Source: Macrostomum lignano
Taxonomy: Eukaryota
Assembly: GCA_002269645.1 (NCBI GenBank)
Contig: NIVC01000978.1
Location: forward strand, 1 to 64,000
Reading direction: 5' to 3'
DNA: 64,000 bases
Below, in pieces: positions 42,638 to 54,983 of the stretch. The notes below the pieces were generated by a model. It was not told the origin of the DNA. It searched no databases and saw only the letters and a list, made by a program, of their open reading frames with translations. The translations under genes and the position numbers were made by a program. The stretch's first letter is position 1. Every line of letters begins with the position of its first letter.

Positions 42638-43637
42638 ATTAGCACCTCTTGTGAGCTTTGGAATCAAAGCCTCCCTATAGGCCATGGCTTAATCCTATCT
42701 CTCCATTCGATTCTTGACCTACCAAAAACTTCCAAACTGACCTTTGGCATCTCACTGATCTCACATCTATGAGTCTTTTATAATTGAACCCTTTCCCTAG
42801 AACTTTGAGCAATTCCCCTCTTTAAACTTGAATCGAAAGCTACATATAAATCTAAGTGTACGCACTGAGGATCAGAAAAGTAATTAGGACACTTTCACAA
42901 CTGGCACAGCAGCTCCGAAGTGGCGCGTCTGACCTGGGCTCGACTCATGACCAACTAAAGCAGGACACTGCATTCGTAACTCGTGAACCAGAGCATGGAT
43001 GTCGAGTTAGTCCCGAAAAGGAAGCAATGCGCCGCTTTCACTGCTGCCTGCTGCATCCCTCCCTATAGAATCATCGAAAATCCTGTTTTTCTATCTAGAC
43101 CCCAGAGGGAAAATAATAAATAATAATCATTGATTACACCTGTCCATATGGGAAGATGTGCAACCGACAGCTCAGCCGCTGCTATTGCGCGGCTCATCTG
43201 AAGACTGCGTACGGCTGTTCAGTCCAATGACTGGGGGGTCGCCACACACACCCTCAGTTATCCCAGCTAATGCTGGCACCCATTTAACAGCTGGGTGAGC
43301 TGAAGCAATTGCAGAGTTAAGTGCCTTGCTCAAGGACACAACTTGTTCTAGTGGGATCGGGAGTCGAACCCCGGACCTTCAAGTCGTGAGTTCGACGCTC
43401 TAACCACTAGGCTAAAAACCCCAGTGGGATAATATGGGATAAAAGGGGATCTATGGCAATTTAAAGCTTCAGAACACCGGCGACAGAGTTTTTACCGGTT
43501 TTTAACATGAGTTCCTCAATGGCATACCTACTAGGCATTGGAATGCCAAGTACTACCGAAGACTAAATCAAAAAATCCAGAATGCTGGAACATGAAATCA
43601 GTTTTTAATGTTTGGTCAGATTGTAAGTCAGATTGTA
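42638..43637. repeat. Segmental duplication block Y (paralog at 50021-51021)
   Basis: About 1 kb, near-identical, with a constant offset of 7383-7384; contains a SINE. Confidence 0.93.
43112..43422 (-). mobile_element. tRNA-derived CORE-type SINE, full length
   Basis: Minus strand: A box TAGTGGTTAGAGC, B box GGTTCGACTCC, central GTGTCCTTGAGCAAGGCACTTAACTC...CTGTTAAATGGG resembling the MIR CORE domain (recalled consensus), and an (ATT)n tail. Confidence 0.82.
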
Positions 43638-44197
43638 TTTTAATGGTAGAACTATTTTTACTTTAGAAATAAAAACTTCCGTGTCATAAGCTGGGTTGGA
43701 CACCGCCTGAATGAAGATCAGCTTGAAAAAGGCTCGTAGATTTAAAGATGTTTTAATACAAAACTGCCTACTTCCAGTAGTTTAAGTAGAACAGGAAAGA
43801 TAATATTATCTTAATTAGGCTTGTTTAAAAAACGTTATTTCAATTAAAAAGCTGTACTTAGGGATATCTGGCAAATTAGAGTTTTTTAGATTAGCTGGAC
43901 CAATGTGGTGCAGCAAGAATACGGCAGGAATGCGGGATTGCTTGAGTTCACACAGTTACAGGGCCCCCCTTACTTGGCACTGAAGCACTGGTCATTTGGT
44001 CATTTGGCCATAGACATCCGCAGGAGGCATGTCTTGGCGCGCTCCAATAGGTCAGTTCCGCTGTGCCCTGACTCTGCACCACTTTAGTGCAGAAAAAACA
44101 ACATTAGTAGAGAATGAGAGTACTAAACAAGTACAAAGAGTACTAAAATTTCAAATAGTTGAACTTTTTCTGTTTGTTGAAATAGCTGATTCTGTCT

Positions 44198-44404
44198 TTA
44201 GAAGCTGCGCAGCAGGCCGGCGACTGGTCGGTGTTGCCGGTGGAGCAGCTGTAAGAGGACGGACAGGAGCTGCTGCACACGCTACAGCCGCCGATGTATT
44301 GCTGCAAAATAGAATTCAATGCGAGCAGCAGGTCAGCCATGCAGTGTCCCTATGCCATTTTGATAGATTAGGAGGCTTGAAATACTAATGAAACTGCCTA
44401 CCGT
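44198..44404 (-). pseudogene. A-like Ly6 gene 3' half: last codon of exon 2, intron 2 and exon 3 with a 64-nt deletion
   Basis: ACG|GTAGGCAG donor at 44401 and acceptor at 44302. Exon 3 (QYIGGCSVCSSSCPSSYSCSTGNTDQ...) is 104 nt versus 168 nt in gene A; the CN motif and most of the GPI tail are deleted with a frameshift. Confidence 0.85.
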
Positions 44405-46183
44405 ATCAGTGCACAATCACTCGTAAAGTTTGCTTCCGGCCTGCCCCGACAATCACTCCGAATCTCTCCTGACATTCACTCCGAATCTCTCCTGACATTC
44501 ACTCCGAATCTCTCCTGACATTCACTCCGAATCTCTCCTGACATTCACTCTGAATCTCTCCTGACATTCACTCCGAATCTCTCCTGACATTCACTCCGAA
44601 TCTCTCCTGACATTCACTCCGAATCTCTCCTGAAATTCACTCCGAATCTCTCCTGACATTCACTCTGAATCTCTCCTGACATTCACTCCGAATCTCTCCT
44701 GACATTCACTCCGAATCTCTGCTGACATTCACTCCGAATCTCTCCTGACATTCACTCTGAATCTCTCCTGACATTCACTCCGAATCTCTCCTGACATTCA
44801 CTCCGAATCTCTCCTGACATTCACTCTGAATCTCTCCTGACATTCACTCCGAATCTCTCCTGACATTCACTCTGAATCTCTCCTGACATTCACTCCGAAT
44901 CTCTCCTGACATTCACTCTGAATCTCTCCTGACATTCACTCCAAATCTCTCCTGACATTCACTCCGAATCTCTGCTGACATTCACTCCGAATCTCTCCTG
45001 ACATTCACTCTGAATCTCTCCTGACATTCACTCCGAATCTCTCCTGACATTCACTCCGAATCTCTGCTGACATTCACTCCAAATCTCTCCTGACATTCAC
45101 TCCGAATCTCCTGACATTCACTCCGAATCTCTCCTGACATTCACTCCGAATCTCTCCTGACATTCACTCCGAATCTCTCCTGACATTCACTGTGAATCTC
45201 TCCTGACATTCACTCCGAATCTCTCCTGACATTCACTCTGAATCTCCTGACATTCACTCCGAATCTCCTGACATTCACTCTGAATCTCTCCTGACATTCA
45301 CTGTGAATCTCTCCTGACATTCCCCCAAATCTCTCCTGACATTCCCTCTGAATCTCTCCTGACATTCACTCTGAATCTCTTGACATTCACTCTGAATCTC
45401 TCCTGACATTCACTCTGAATCTCCTGACATTCACTCCGAATCTCTCCTGACATTCACTCCGAATCTCTGCTGACATTCACTCCAAATCTCTCCTGACATT
45501 CACTCCGAATCTCCTGACATTCACTCCGAATCTCTCCTGACATTCACTCCGAATCTCTCCTGACATTCACTCCGAATCTCTCCTGACATTCACTGTGAAT
45601 CTCTCCTGACATTCACTCCGAATCTCTCCTGACATTCACTCTGAATCTCCTGACATTCACTCCGAATCTCCTGACATTCACTCTGAATCTCTCCTGACAT
45701 TCACTGTGAATCTCTCCTGACATTCCCCCAAATCTCTCCTGACATTCCCTCTGAATCTCTCCTGACATTCACTCTGAATCTCTTGACATTCACTCTGAAT
45801 CTCTCCTGACATTCACTCTGAATCTCCTGACATTCACTCCGAATCTCTCCTGGCATTCACTCCGAATCTCTCCTGACATTCACTCCGAATCTCTCCTGAA
45901 ATTCACTCCGAATCTCTCCTGACATTCACTCCGAATCTCTCATGACATTCACTCCGAATCTCTCCTGACATTCACTCTGAATATATCATGACATTCACTC
46001 CGAATCTCTCCTGACATTCACTCCGAATATATCATGACATTCACTTCGAATCTCTCCTGACATTCCTCCGAATCTCCTGACATTCACTCCGAATCTCTCC
46101 TGACATTCACTTAGAGTATCTACTGACGTTCACTCCGAATCTCTCCTGACATTCACTCCGAATGTCTCCCGACTATCAGTGCA
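44404..46183. repeat. 23-bp minisatellite (array 2), same unit and terminal motifs as array 1
   Basis: Directly visible; contains a 403-bp internal duplication (variants at 45321 and 45724). Confidence 0.97.
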
Positions 46184-46586
46184 AATTTTTTCGAAAATTA
46201 ACTTTACAGCGTGCCAAACTCTACGAAACAGTATTTTTTAACTTTTCTGAAGGTGTCTTAAATTTTATTTAAAAGTCAGCCTGTCTCTTTGGTATTGTAT
46301 TTGGTTAGTTGACAAGAAATTATACGAAAAATTAAATAGCTAAAAGATTATGCTTGCAAGAGACTATTAGAGAGGATAAATTATTATGAGGAAAAATTTA
46401 AATCCAAGTAATTAAACTTAATCGTGAAACAAATTCAACGCTGCCAAAGAGTAAAAAAACTGGATGATTGATTCGTGTAACAAAGTTGATCTTCAGTATC
46501 AGGGAACGCTACGAGCATATTAAAGTTATTTCGAGAATATTTCTTGGCGTTACTTTCTCTCCAACTCTCCAGTTTGCTTGCTGCTT

Positions 46587-47174
46587 TTAGAAGCTGCGCA
46601 GGGCAGCGGCCATCAGGAGCGGCACAGTCAGCGTCAGAGGAGCGGCAGCGCGAACAGCACCGAAGGCGGAGTTGCACTGGTCGGTGGTGCAGTTGGTGCA
46701 GGTGTAATAAGACGGAAAGATGCCAATGCAGGCGCCGCAGTCGCCAGTGTAGGCCTGAGAATGCGAGTGCGGTGAGAGCTCAGCTGCTTTGGATGGGGCC
46801 AAAAATTCTGAGACAGACTCAATCAGCTCATGCATTTACTACTCACAGTACTGCTGAAATTGGCTTTATAGGTCGTAGGCGAATGGGTATGATATCGCAC
46901 AATGCTTATCTTCTTGCAGGTGGTGACGGCGCTGCCGCACTCCACTACAGTGGGGGTGCCGCGGAGACCTTCAATGCCCTCATGGCCATATACCAGACAG
47001 CTGATGGCGTGTCCGACACCTGCGTGTGAGCAGTTTTAGCAGATGATATTCAAATTCAGTTTATTTTATTGGCAGTACAAGAAAACTGCGTATTTCACAT
47101 GCTTCAGTCAGCTTACCAACTAAGGCGGCCAGGACGCTTAGTCCCAGGAGAATCGAGTTGGTCTTCTTCAGCAT
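46587..47174 (-). CDS. GPI-anchored Ly6/three-finger-like protein B2, 132 aa, 3 exons
   Basis: Exons 47174-47117, 47019-46847 and 46754-46587 (offset 15139 from B1). Only 2 differences from B1 across ATG-stop (E82D and one synonymous change). Confidence 0.85.
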
Positions 47175-47269
47175 TTTGGTGGCGTATTCAGCAGTTTCTG
47201 TGGCAATGAGGCGACTATGAAGAGGAGTGTGAAACCTAAATCGGGCCCCAGAATCCCGAGAGTGGTGTG

Positions 47270-47435
47270 GCTTTTTATGCAGATTGAGAACATGGGGATG
47301 GGGTGACTGCAGGGGTGGCTGTTAGGGATAGAATCCCCGAAATTTTTGCCCACCTGTGCGATGGCCGGCTTGCCAACTAAGGGGGGATTTTGTGTCCATG
47401 GCAACTAGACTGACTCAGATCCCGCTCCTAGCAAC
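47270..47435 (-). promoter_or_regulatory. Putative promoter of B2: CATAAAA box, X-box-like motifs, TGACTCA
   Basis: GTGTCCATGGCAAC at 47392-47405, TGACTCA at 47411-47417 and CTCCTAGCAAC at 47425-47435. Confidence 0.5.
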
Positions 47436-47527
47436 CCAAAGAATTCATCTATTGGATGGAAGTCGCTTGAGCAGCGTGTGGTATGGAAGACTTCAATCCT
47501 CCTAGCTGAGCAATTCTCTCAAAACTT

Positions 47528-47970
47528 CTTGTGACTGTCACTCAAAACTCACTTGTGACTGTCACTCAAAACTCACTTGTGACTGTCACTCAGAACTCAC
47601 TTGTGACTGTCACTCAAAACTCACTTGTGACTGTCACTCAAAACTCACTTGTGACTGTCACTCCAAGCTTCTTGTGACTGTCACTTCAAGCTTCTTGTGA
47701 CTGTCACTCAAAACTCACTTGTGACTGTCACTCCAAGCTTCTTGTGACTTTCACTCCAAACTCACTTGTAAGTGTCATTGCAAGCTTCTTGTAACTGTCA
47801 CTCCAAACTCACTTGTGACTGTCACTCAAAACTCACTTGTGACTGTCACTCCAAGCTTCTTGTGACTGTCACTCCAAGCTTCTTGTGGCTGTCACTCCAA
47901 ACTCACTTGTGACTGTCACTCAAAACTCACTTGTGAGTGTCACTCCAAGCTTCTTGTGACTGTCACTCCA
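47528..47970. repeat. 24-bp minisatellite CTTGTGACTGTCACTCAAAACTCA / ...CCAAGCTT variants
   Basis: Directly visible; shares the TGAC.GTCACTC core with the 37886 array. Confidence 0.92.
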
Positions 47971-47980
47971 ACCATCACAA

Positions 47981-48607
<627 letters not shown>

Positions 48608-50005
48608 CAAGACGGACCCTAACCGATGGCGTGCTGCTTTAAAAGTCCTGACTATCTTTGTGTGCATCATTCAGTTCTCAAACAAGCAGCACTGACCGTG
48701 AGCAGTGTGTTGCAGGCTACGCAGGAAGCAGTTGACAGAACAATAGGGAAGCATCTCTTAACTGGTAGCCATGGCTACCTTGAGGGAGACGGAGAGAATG
48801 AGAGAGGGAGAGAGGGAGAGAGGGAGAGAATGAGAGAGAGAGAGAGGAGAGAGGGAGAGAGGGAGAGAGGGAGAGTGGGAGAGAGTGGGAGAGTGGGAGA
48901 GTAGGACAGAGAGCTGCGCCTCTCCAGCCCCCCTCCCACGTTCAACTCTGTGCATGCATCGCTTTGTCGGGTAAATGCGAAAGTGGATCTTAGCCAAATC
49001 AGTTGCTACTTTCGCTGATGATGCATTTGACGTGAGATGGAATGAATGCAGACAATGAGTGAAGAGCATTGTGCATTAAACTTAAATATCAGGCAAAAAA
49101 TAAAAGGCACCGCAGACACCGTAGAAACAGTTTTTAACAATCGTTGAAAACCTCTCCTGACATTCACTCCGAATCTCTCCTGACATTCACTCTAAATCTC
49201 TTCTGAAATTCACTCCGAATCTCTCCTGACAGTCACTCCGAATCTCTCCTGACATTCACTCCGAATCTCTCCTGACATTCACTCCGAATCTCTCCTGACA
49301 TTCACTCCGAATCTCTCCTGACATTCACTCCGAATCTCTCAAGACCATCACTCCTTTCAATTTCATCACTATCGCGATCCAGGAGACCAACGAAGAAAAT
49401 GTCCCAGTCAGAAAAGGACTTGACATTGCTAGTCCGCTATGCTAAAAATGGTTTGTCTCTAGTTCAGGTAGGTAGGTAAATCGGTAGGCGGAAGGAGCGG
49501 CACGGCGGCTTTCTCCCAGCCTGCATGGTTGCTATGACAACGTGGTAGGATGAGAGACTCCACTGTTCTCACCCAAACCGCGTGCCCCCAGCACTCAACA
49601 GTTTTGTCAGTGAACAAGCTCCCAGCTGCGTACTCAGCCCTCTGTCAGAGGCTTTGTTGGGGAATGAGTCGTTAATCCGCCGTTTCTATGGGCAGCCTGG
49701 CAGGGCTCGCTTAACTCCCCTCCCCACTAGCAGCAGCTCCTGGCCCCTTCCATTTCCATTGCTTAGGGCTCTTTAAAGACATGAAAGCTCACTAAAAGTA
49801 CTTTTATTTTAGTAACTTTGCAAATGGATTGGTGTTGGCAGAAGTTTGGATGAAGTCTGTTAAAGCAGATAGTTTAAGTTGAGCCTTTACAATGTGGACT
49901 AGCAATCTGCGCCGCTCCCCTCTCTCGTGTTGGGGGAGGCAATATTATGGGGGAAAGTAATATTTTTTGAATAACCTACATGTAATTTTGTATCTTTAAC
50001 AATAT
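48608..50005. repeat. Segmental duplication block X'
   Basis: Collinear with 37238-38848 but lacks a ~140-nt insert found near 37580-37720. Includes a 23-mer array at 49152-49354. Confidence 0.9.
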
Positions 50006-50020
50006 AATATAGTCTCAGAG

Positions 50021-51021
50021 ATTAGCACCTCCTGTGAGCTTTGGAATCAAAGCCTCCCTATAGGCCATGGCTTAATCCATATCTCTCCATTCGATTCTTG
50101 ACCTACCAAAAACTTCCAAACTGACCTTTGGCATCTCACTGATCTCACATCTATGAGTCTTTTATAATTGAACCCTTTCCCTAGAACTTTGAGCAATTCC
50201 CCTCTTTAAACTTGAATCGAAAGCTACATATAAATCTAAGTGTACGCACTGAGGATCAGAAAAGTAATTAGGACACTTTCACAACTGGCACAGCAGCTCC
50301 GAAGTGGCGCGTCTGACCTGGGCTCGACTCATGACCAACTAAAGCAGGACACTGCATTCGTAACTCGTGAACCAGAGCATGGATGTCGAGTTAGTCCCGA
50401 AAAGGAAGCAATGCGCCGCTTTCACTGCTGCCTGCTGCATCCCTCCCTATAGAATCATCGAAAATCCTGTTTTTCTATCTAGACCCCAGAGGGAAAATAA
50501 TAAATAATAATCATTGATTACACCTGTCCATATGGGCAGATGTGCAACCGACAGCTCAGCCGCTGCTATTGCGCGGCTCATCTGAAGACTGCGTACGGCT
50601 GTTCAGTCCAATGACTGGGGGGTTGCCACACACACCCTCAGTTATCCCAGCTAATGCTGGCACCCATTTAACAGCTGGGTGAGCTGAAGCAATTGCAGAG
50701 TTAAGTGCCTTGCTCAAGGACACAACTTGTTCTAGTGGGATCGGGAGTCGAACCCCGGACCTTCAAGTCGTGAGTCCGAAGCTCTAACCACTAGGCTAAA
50801 AACCCCAGTGGTATAATATGGGATAAAAGGGGATCTATGGCAGTTTAAAGCTTCAGAACACCGGCGACAGAGTTTTTACCGGTTTTTAACATGAGTTCCT
50901 CAATGGCATACCTACTAGGCATCCGAATGCCAAGTACTACCGAAGACTAAATCAAAAAATCCAGAATTCTGGAACATGAAATCAGTTTTTAATGTTTGGT
51001 CAGATTGTAAGTCAGATTGTA
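50021..51021. repeat. Segmental duplication block Y' including a SINE copy at 50496-50806 (minus)
   Basis: Near-identical to 42638-43637. Confidence 0.93.
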
Positions 51022-51292
51022 ACTGGTACTTGAAGCAGGTGGTGACGCTGCTGCCGCACTCAACGGCTAGAATTGAGCCACCAGCGATGCCCGAGTAGGT
51101 GTACACCAGGCAGGTGATGACGTGTCCCGCACCTGTTGATCAAAAAAATTCAGTTGATATTTACGACGTAATATCGAAAGACATCGATTCATTTTTCTAG
51201 CACTAGCATGCAGATCGAACAGCCGCATCTTACCAACTAGAGCGGGCCAGGACTAGAATAGCCAAGCAGTTTGAGCTGGTTGCGTGCCGCAT
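51022..51292 (-). pseudogene. A-like Ly6 gene 5' half: exon 1 (+1 frameshift), intron 1, truncated exon 2
   Basis: Exon 1 at 51292-51234 (MRHATSSNCLAILVLA, an extra C, then ALVG|GTAAG) and acceptor at 51133. Exon 2 reads GAGHVITCLVYTYSGIAGGSILAVECGSSVTTCFKYQ and is cut off exactly at the end of block Y'. Confidence 0.85.
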
Positions 51293-52558
51293 TGTCAATT
51301 GCTGACTGCGAGTCACCTGATGGACAAAGTGTAGTGTTTAAAGACAAATCAAGCGATTTGTGGGAGTTCCTAAATGGAGCAGACGGCTTTAAATACACAT
51401 TGACTGAATCGTGTACAGCTCGGAATTCTCCGGATTCCAGATTTCAACACTGGGAGCGAAAGGCAGGAAGCTTCACATTGAAGGTTTTAAATTTTAAAGC
51501 TAAGATCGAATTGCGCTGAAATTTTGTTGAAATACATGCAATTAAAATACAGGCTTTCGGACTGCTCCAAAACTGCTTTTAAAATCACTCGCAATGATTT
51601 ACTATATAGTTTCTTGTTGCACATTAGAAAGAAGCCAAAAATCTTCCGAGCTATTCAATAAAATGCTTGAAATAATTTCTTCATGTGAATGTCCATGATA
51701 CTACTTTTGTACGCAGTAGCATGTGTGCGCAAATTTTCTAGATTTTTTAACGCATCAAACTGGTTTAACGGCTTTTTTCCCAATAAAACTTTCACAACCC
51801 TCAGATACAAAAAATTTTCCACACCCCCACACCTCTACATCTCCATATTCTCCAGATTGGAAAAGGGGGTCCACGGACATTCGACTTTCAAGAAGCAAGC
51901 TCAGATACAAGATCTACGCAGGTACACGCACTTATGCACACGCTCACACAGGGTGTACATCGTCCCAAACTTTCAAATCGTCAGGCGAATGCGTTGTTCT
52001 ACGTTGCGTTTCATGCGCTCTCGTCCCATTTCTCTTAGGTCTTTTTGTTTGATGAGTCGCATCTGCCGGCGGCTCTCTAGCTATCTACTGTGACAGCGAG
52101 GCTCTCGCTTGAAAAGCTGGGAACAGGCCGCGAAGATTTCTGAATAAACTTACCTGAAGTGTTTCTGAATTATGCTGGCACTCCACTGCAGGTGGTCTTA
52201 TTGTAGTTCTCTCCCTATCCAGACCTTCAATAATAAGTGACAGAAAATCTGAGGCTGTTTCATTGATGTTAGCAACGCTGAGATTTGCAGTATGCTTTTG
52301 TAAAAGCCTGACAGCTAGGCTAATTGCTTTTAAAGGTAGTCGCTTTCCTTAGTTTTCTACCTAAGCTTTATTGCTTCACTTAATTGAAGTATTCTTGACA
52401 GGTCTATTTTTAGCAAGAATTGTAACAGCTAGTTCAGCCACGGTACAGTATTAGTTAGTACTAATATCAAGTAAGATCATGTAACATGTTGAGATTTCAC
52501 TGCATGTAGCTTACTTTTGATGGAAACAAAATCTAGATATCAATATCAATGCAGGAGT

Positions 52559-53133
52559 AAGTACAGTCTTAAGTACAGTACTCAAGTACAGCCTCAAGTA
52601 CAGTACTCAAGTACAGCCTCAAGTACAGTACTCAAGTACAGCCTCAAGTACAGTACTCAAGTACAGCCTCAAGTACAGTACTCAAGTACAGCCTCAAGTA
52701 CAGTACTCAAGTACAGCCTCAAGTACAGTACTCAAGTACAGCCTCAAGTACAGTACTCAAGTACAGCCTCAAGTACAGTACTCAAGTACAGCCTCAAGTA
52801 CAGTACTCAAGTACAGCCTCAAGTACAGTACTCAAGTACAGCCTCAAGTACAGAACTCAAGTACAGCCTCAAGTACAGAACTCAAGTACAGAACTCAAGT
52901 ACAGCCTCAGTACATTACTCAAGTACAGCCTCAAGTACAGCCTCAAGTACAGTACTCAAGTACAGCCTCAAGTACAGAACTCAAGTACAGCCTCAAGTAC
53001 AGTACTCAAGTACGGCCTCAAGTACAGTACTCAAGTACAGCCTCAAGTACAGTACTCAAGTACAGCCTCAAGTACAGTACTCAAGTACAGCCTCAAGTAC
53101 AGTACTCAAGTACAGCCTCAAGTACAGTACTCA
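52559..53133. repeat. 25-bp composite minisatellite AAGTACAGCCTC+AAGTACAGTACTC
   Basis: Directly visible 12+13-nt subunits. Confidence 0.95.
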
Positions 53134-53781
53134 CGTGCAGCCTGAAGTCATCGTATCATTTTAAAGAGATTTTTTAGAGTCCACCATAGATCTTGTTTAT
53201 GATCTTTGGAGTCCACTAACTAATCTAGCGCGATCGCCGTCTTTATGGTCTATGGCCACGACTTGCTAACCCCGTCGCTCTGTTTACAGAACCAACCTTC
53301 GCGAATATTTCATGAAAATAACGGCTGTTATCCTCTATGATATTTAAACGGCACCCTCTGATTTCCAATTTACGCCCTTAAACATGGGTATTAATATACT
53401 ATTGACAGAAAATAACAAATTAAAAATAAAAAGAATAAATTAAAGACGAAAAACAAGATCAATTGTGCCTTTCAGGTCTAATCTATTAAGAAAAACAATG
53501 ATTTTTGTCAAATGAAGGATCGACAAGGATCAAGCGCACACAGATTGATCATCTAAAAACATTTATTGTGCTGCAGAAGTACTTTGATTAAATACGAGTC
53601 GTACTTATAAAAAACTTATCAAAATCATCAAGGTTTTGTTGTCGAAATTAGTACATAAAAAATAGAAATTAAAGAGTGTAAACTATCGGGCAACTGGTCA
53701 GCTGGTACAGTGTTCCCTACAGACTCTGATGAAGAGTATTGTTAAATCTGCAATTTGCGGTCGCACATGCAGTTGAATTGT

Positions 53782-54325
53782 TTAGAAGCTGCGCAGCATA
53801 GCGGCGATCAGGAGCGGCAGAGCCAGCGTCAGCGGCACGGCGGCGCGCACGGCACCGAAGGCGGAGTTGCACTGGTCGCTGGCGCAGGCAGAGCAGCCGT
53901 ACGAGGATGGCAAGAGGCTGCTGCACGTGCCACAGCCGCCGACGTATTGCTGCAAAAGAGAATTCAGTGCAAGCAGCAGGTCAGCCATTTTGATAGATTA
54001 GAAGGCTTGAACTACTAATGTAACTGCCTACCGTGCCGGTGTACGATTCCGCGAAAGTGATGCTCGATGCCGCTGTCGTAGTGGTGACGGAGTACTTGAA
54101 GCAGGTGGAGTAGCTGCTGCCGCACTCCAGAGCCAAGGGAGTGCCACCGGTGATGCCGCTGTAGCTGTACACCAGGCACTTGATGGCCTGGCCAGCGCCT
54201 GAGGGAGTGACGAAGGTGACACGGTGCGAGTCCTGCAGTGCGACTCAAGCACAACTCCCCAATCACTTACCGATCATGGAGGCCAGGACCAGCAGTCCCA
54301 GGCAGATGTAGCTGGACTTGTTCAT
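53782..54325 (-). CDS. GPI-anchored Ly6/three-finger-like protein A, 129 aa, 3 exons
   Basis: Exons 54325-54271, 54198-54032 and 53949-53782; introns of 72 nt (phase 1) and 82 nt (phase 0). Product: MNKSSYICLGLLVLASMIGAGQAIKCLVYSYSGITGGTPLALECGSSYSTCFKYSVTTTTAASSITFAESYTGTQYVGGCGTCSSLLPSSYGCSACASDQCNSAFGAVRAAVPLTLALPLLIAAMLRSF. TATAAAA lies about 100 nt upstream and AATAAA at 53562-53567 (minus). Confidence 0.88.
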
Positions 54326-54419
54326 CTCGGTGCTGCTTGGTAAAGGTTGACTGATTCTGGGCGATTAATAGATGCAGGAGAAGGCGCGCTCTGGAGCGGA
54401 GAAGCGCGAGTTTGGGCGC

Positions 54420-54850
54420 CTTTTTATAGACTTGCTGGGTGGCACGCTCCGCGGGAAAACGTGCGGCTGAGGGTGGGTGGTCAGAGACTGCAAATCTTGC
54501 GCTTTAGGGTAGGGGGGTGTAGGGTAGAGTCTTAGGGCCCTGTTAGTAGCACCTTTGTATCTTCTTACTCCGTTGCTACCGCGTTCCTAGCAACTGGCGC
54601 AGGCCCCCCCCCTACTTGAATGCTTTGATTGACAGTATCCACAACCACTACGTCTGCGCTACGGGGCCAGAGAGAAGGGGGTGAGGGGATGAAGAACGCC
54701 TTGAGTACAGATAGCAGGCATTTTTAAAATGAAAAAATGAATGCATACTTGCACAATGCCGCGAGAAACACAATACCGCTGGGCCAAAACTTTGTTATTA
54801 GGGGGGGGGGGCTGAGATTGAATGCTACTGGCATTGGATACCATGGCAAC
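54420..54850 (-). promoter_or_regulatory. Putative promoter of A: TATA box and X-box motifs
   Basis: TATAAAAAG on the minus strand at ~54420-54428, GTTCCTAGCAAC at 54583-54594 and GATACCATGGCAAC ending 54850. Confidence 0.55.
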
Positions 54851-54983
54851 GCAGCTTCTCTTCTGTATTCTCTGCTCCCTCTCTGCTGTCTGCCTCTCTT
54901 TCACTCATTCTGTGAGTTTTTTAATCTCTTCCAAAGGCGCATTCCTGTCGAAGTAGTCTAGCCATTCTCAAAACTAGTTTGAA

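Noticed and set aside
43340-43422. tRNA gene (also ~50725-50806 and a GGGTTCGAATC near 61633)
   Set aside because: A and B boxes run into a SINE body; no complete cloverleaf could be drawn.
44404-46183. TATCAGTGCA at both ends as a 10-bp target-site duplication
   Set aside because: CAGTGCA/GTGCA also bounds array 1 with different flanks, so it looks like part of the element ends.
51689-52093. 134-aa and 109-aa ORFs, and a possible minus-strand donor near 52153
   Set aside because: No recognisable motif or consistent exon structure.
52517-53164. 215-aa KYSLKYSTQVQPQ ORF
   Set aside because: A 25-bp minisatellite that is open in all plus frames; no gene context.
53726-53760. Second hammerhead (CTGATGAAGAG)
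   Set aside because: No stem II or GAAA box follows.
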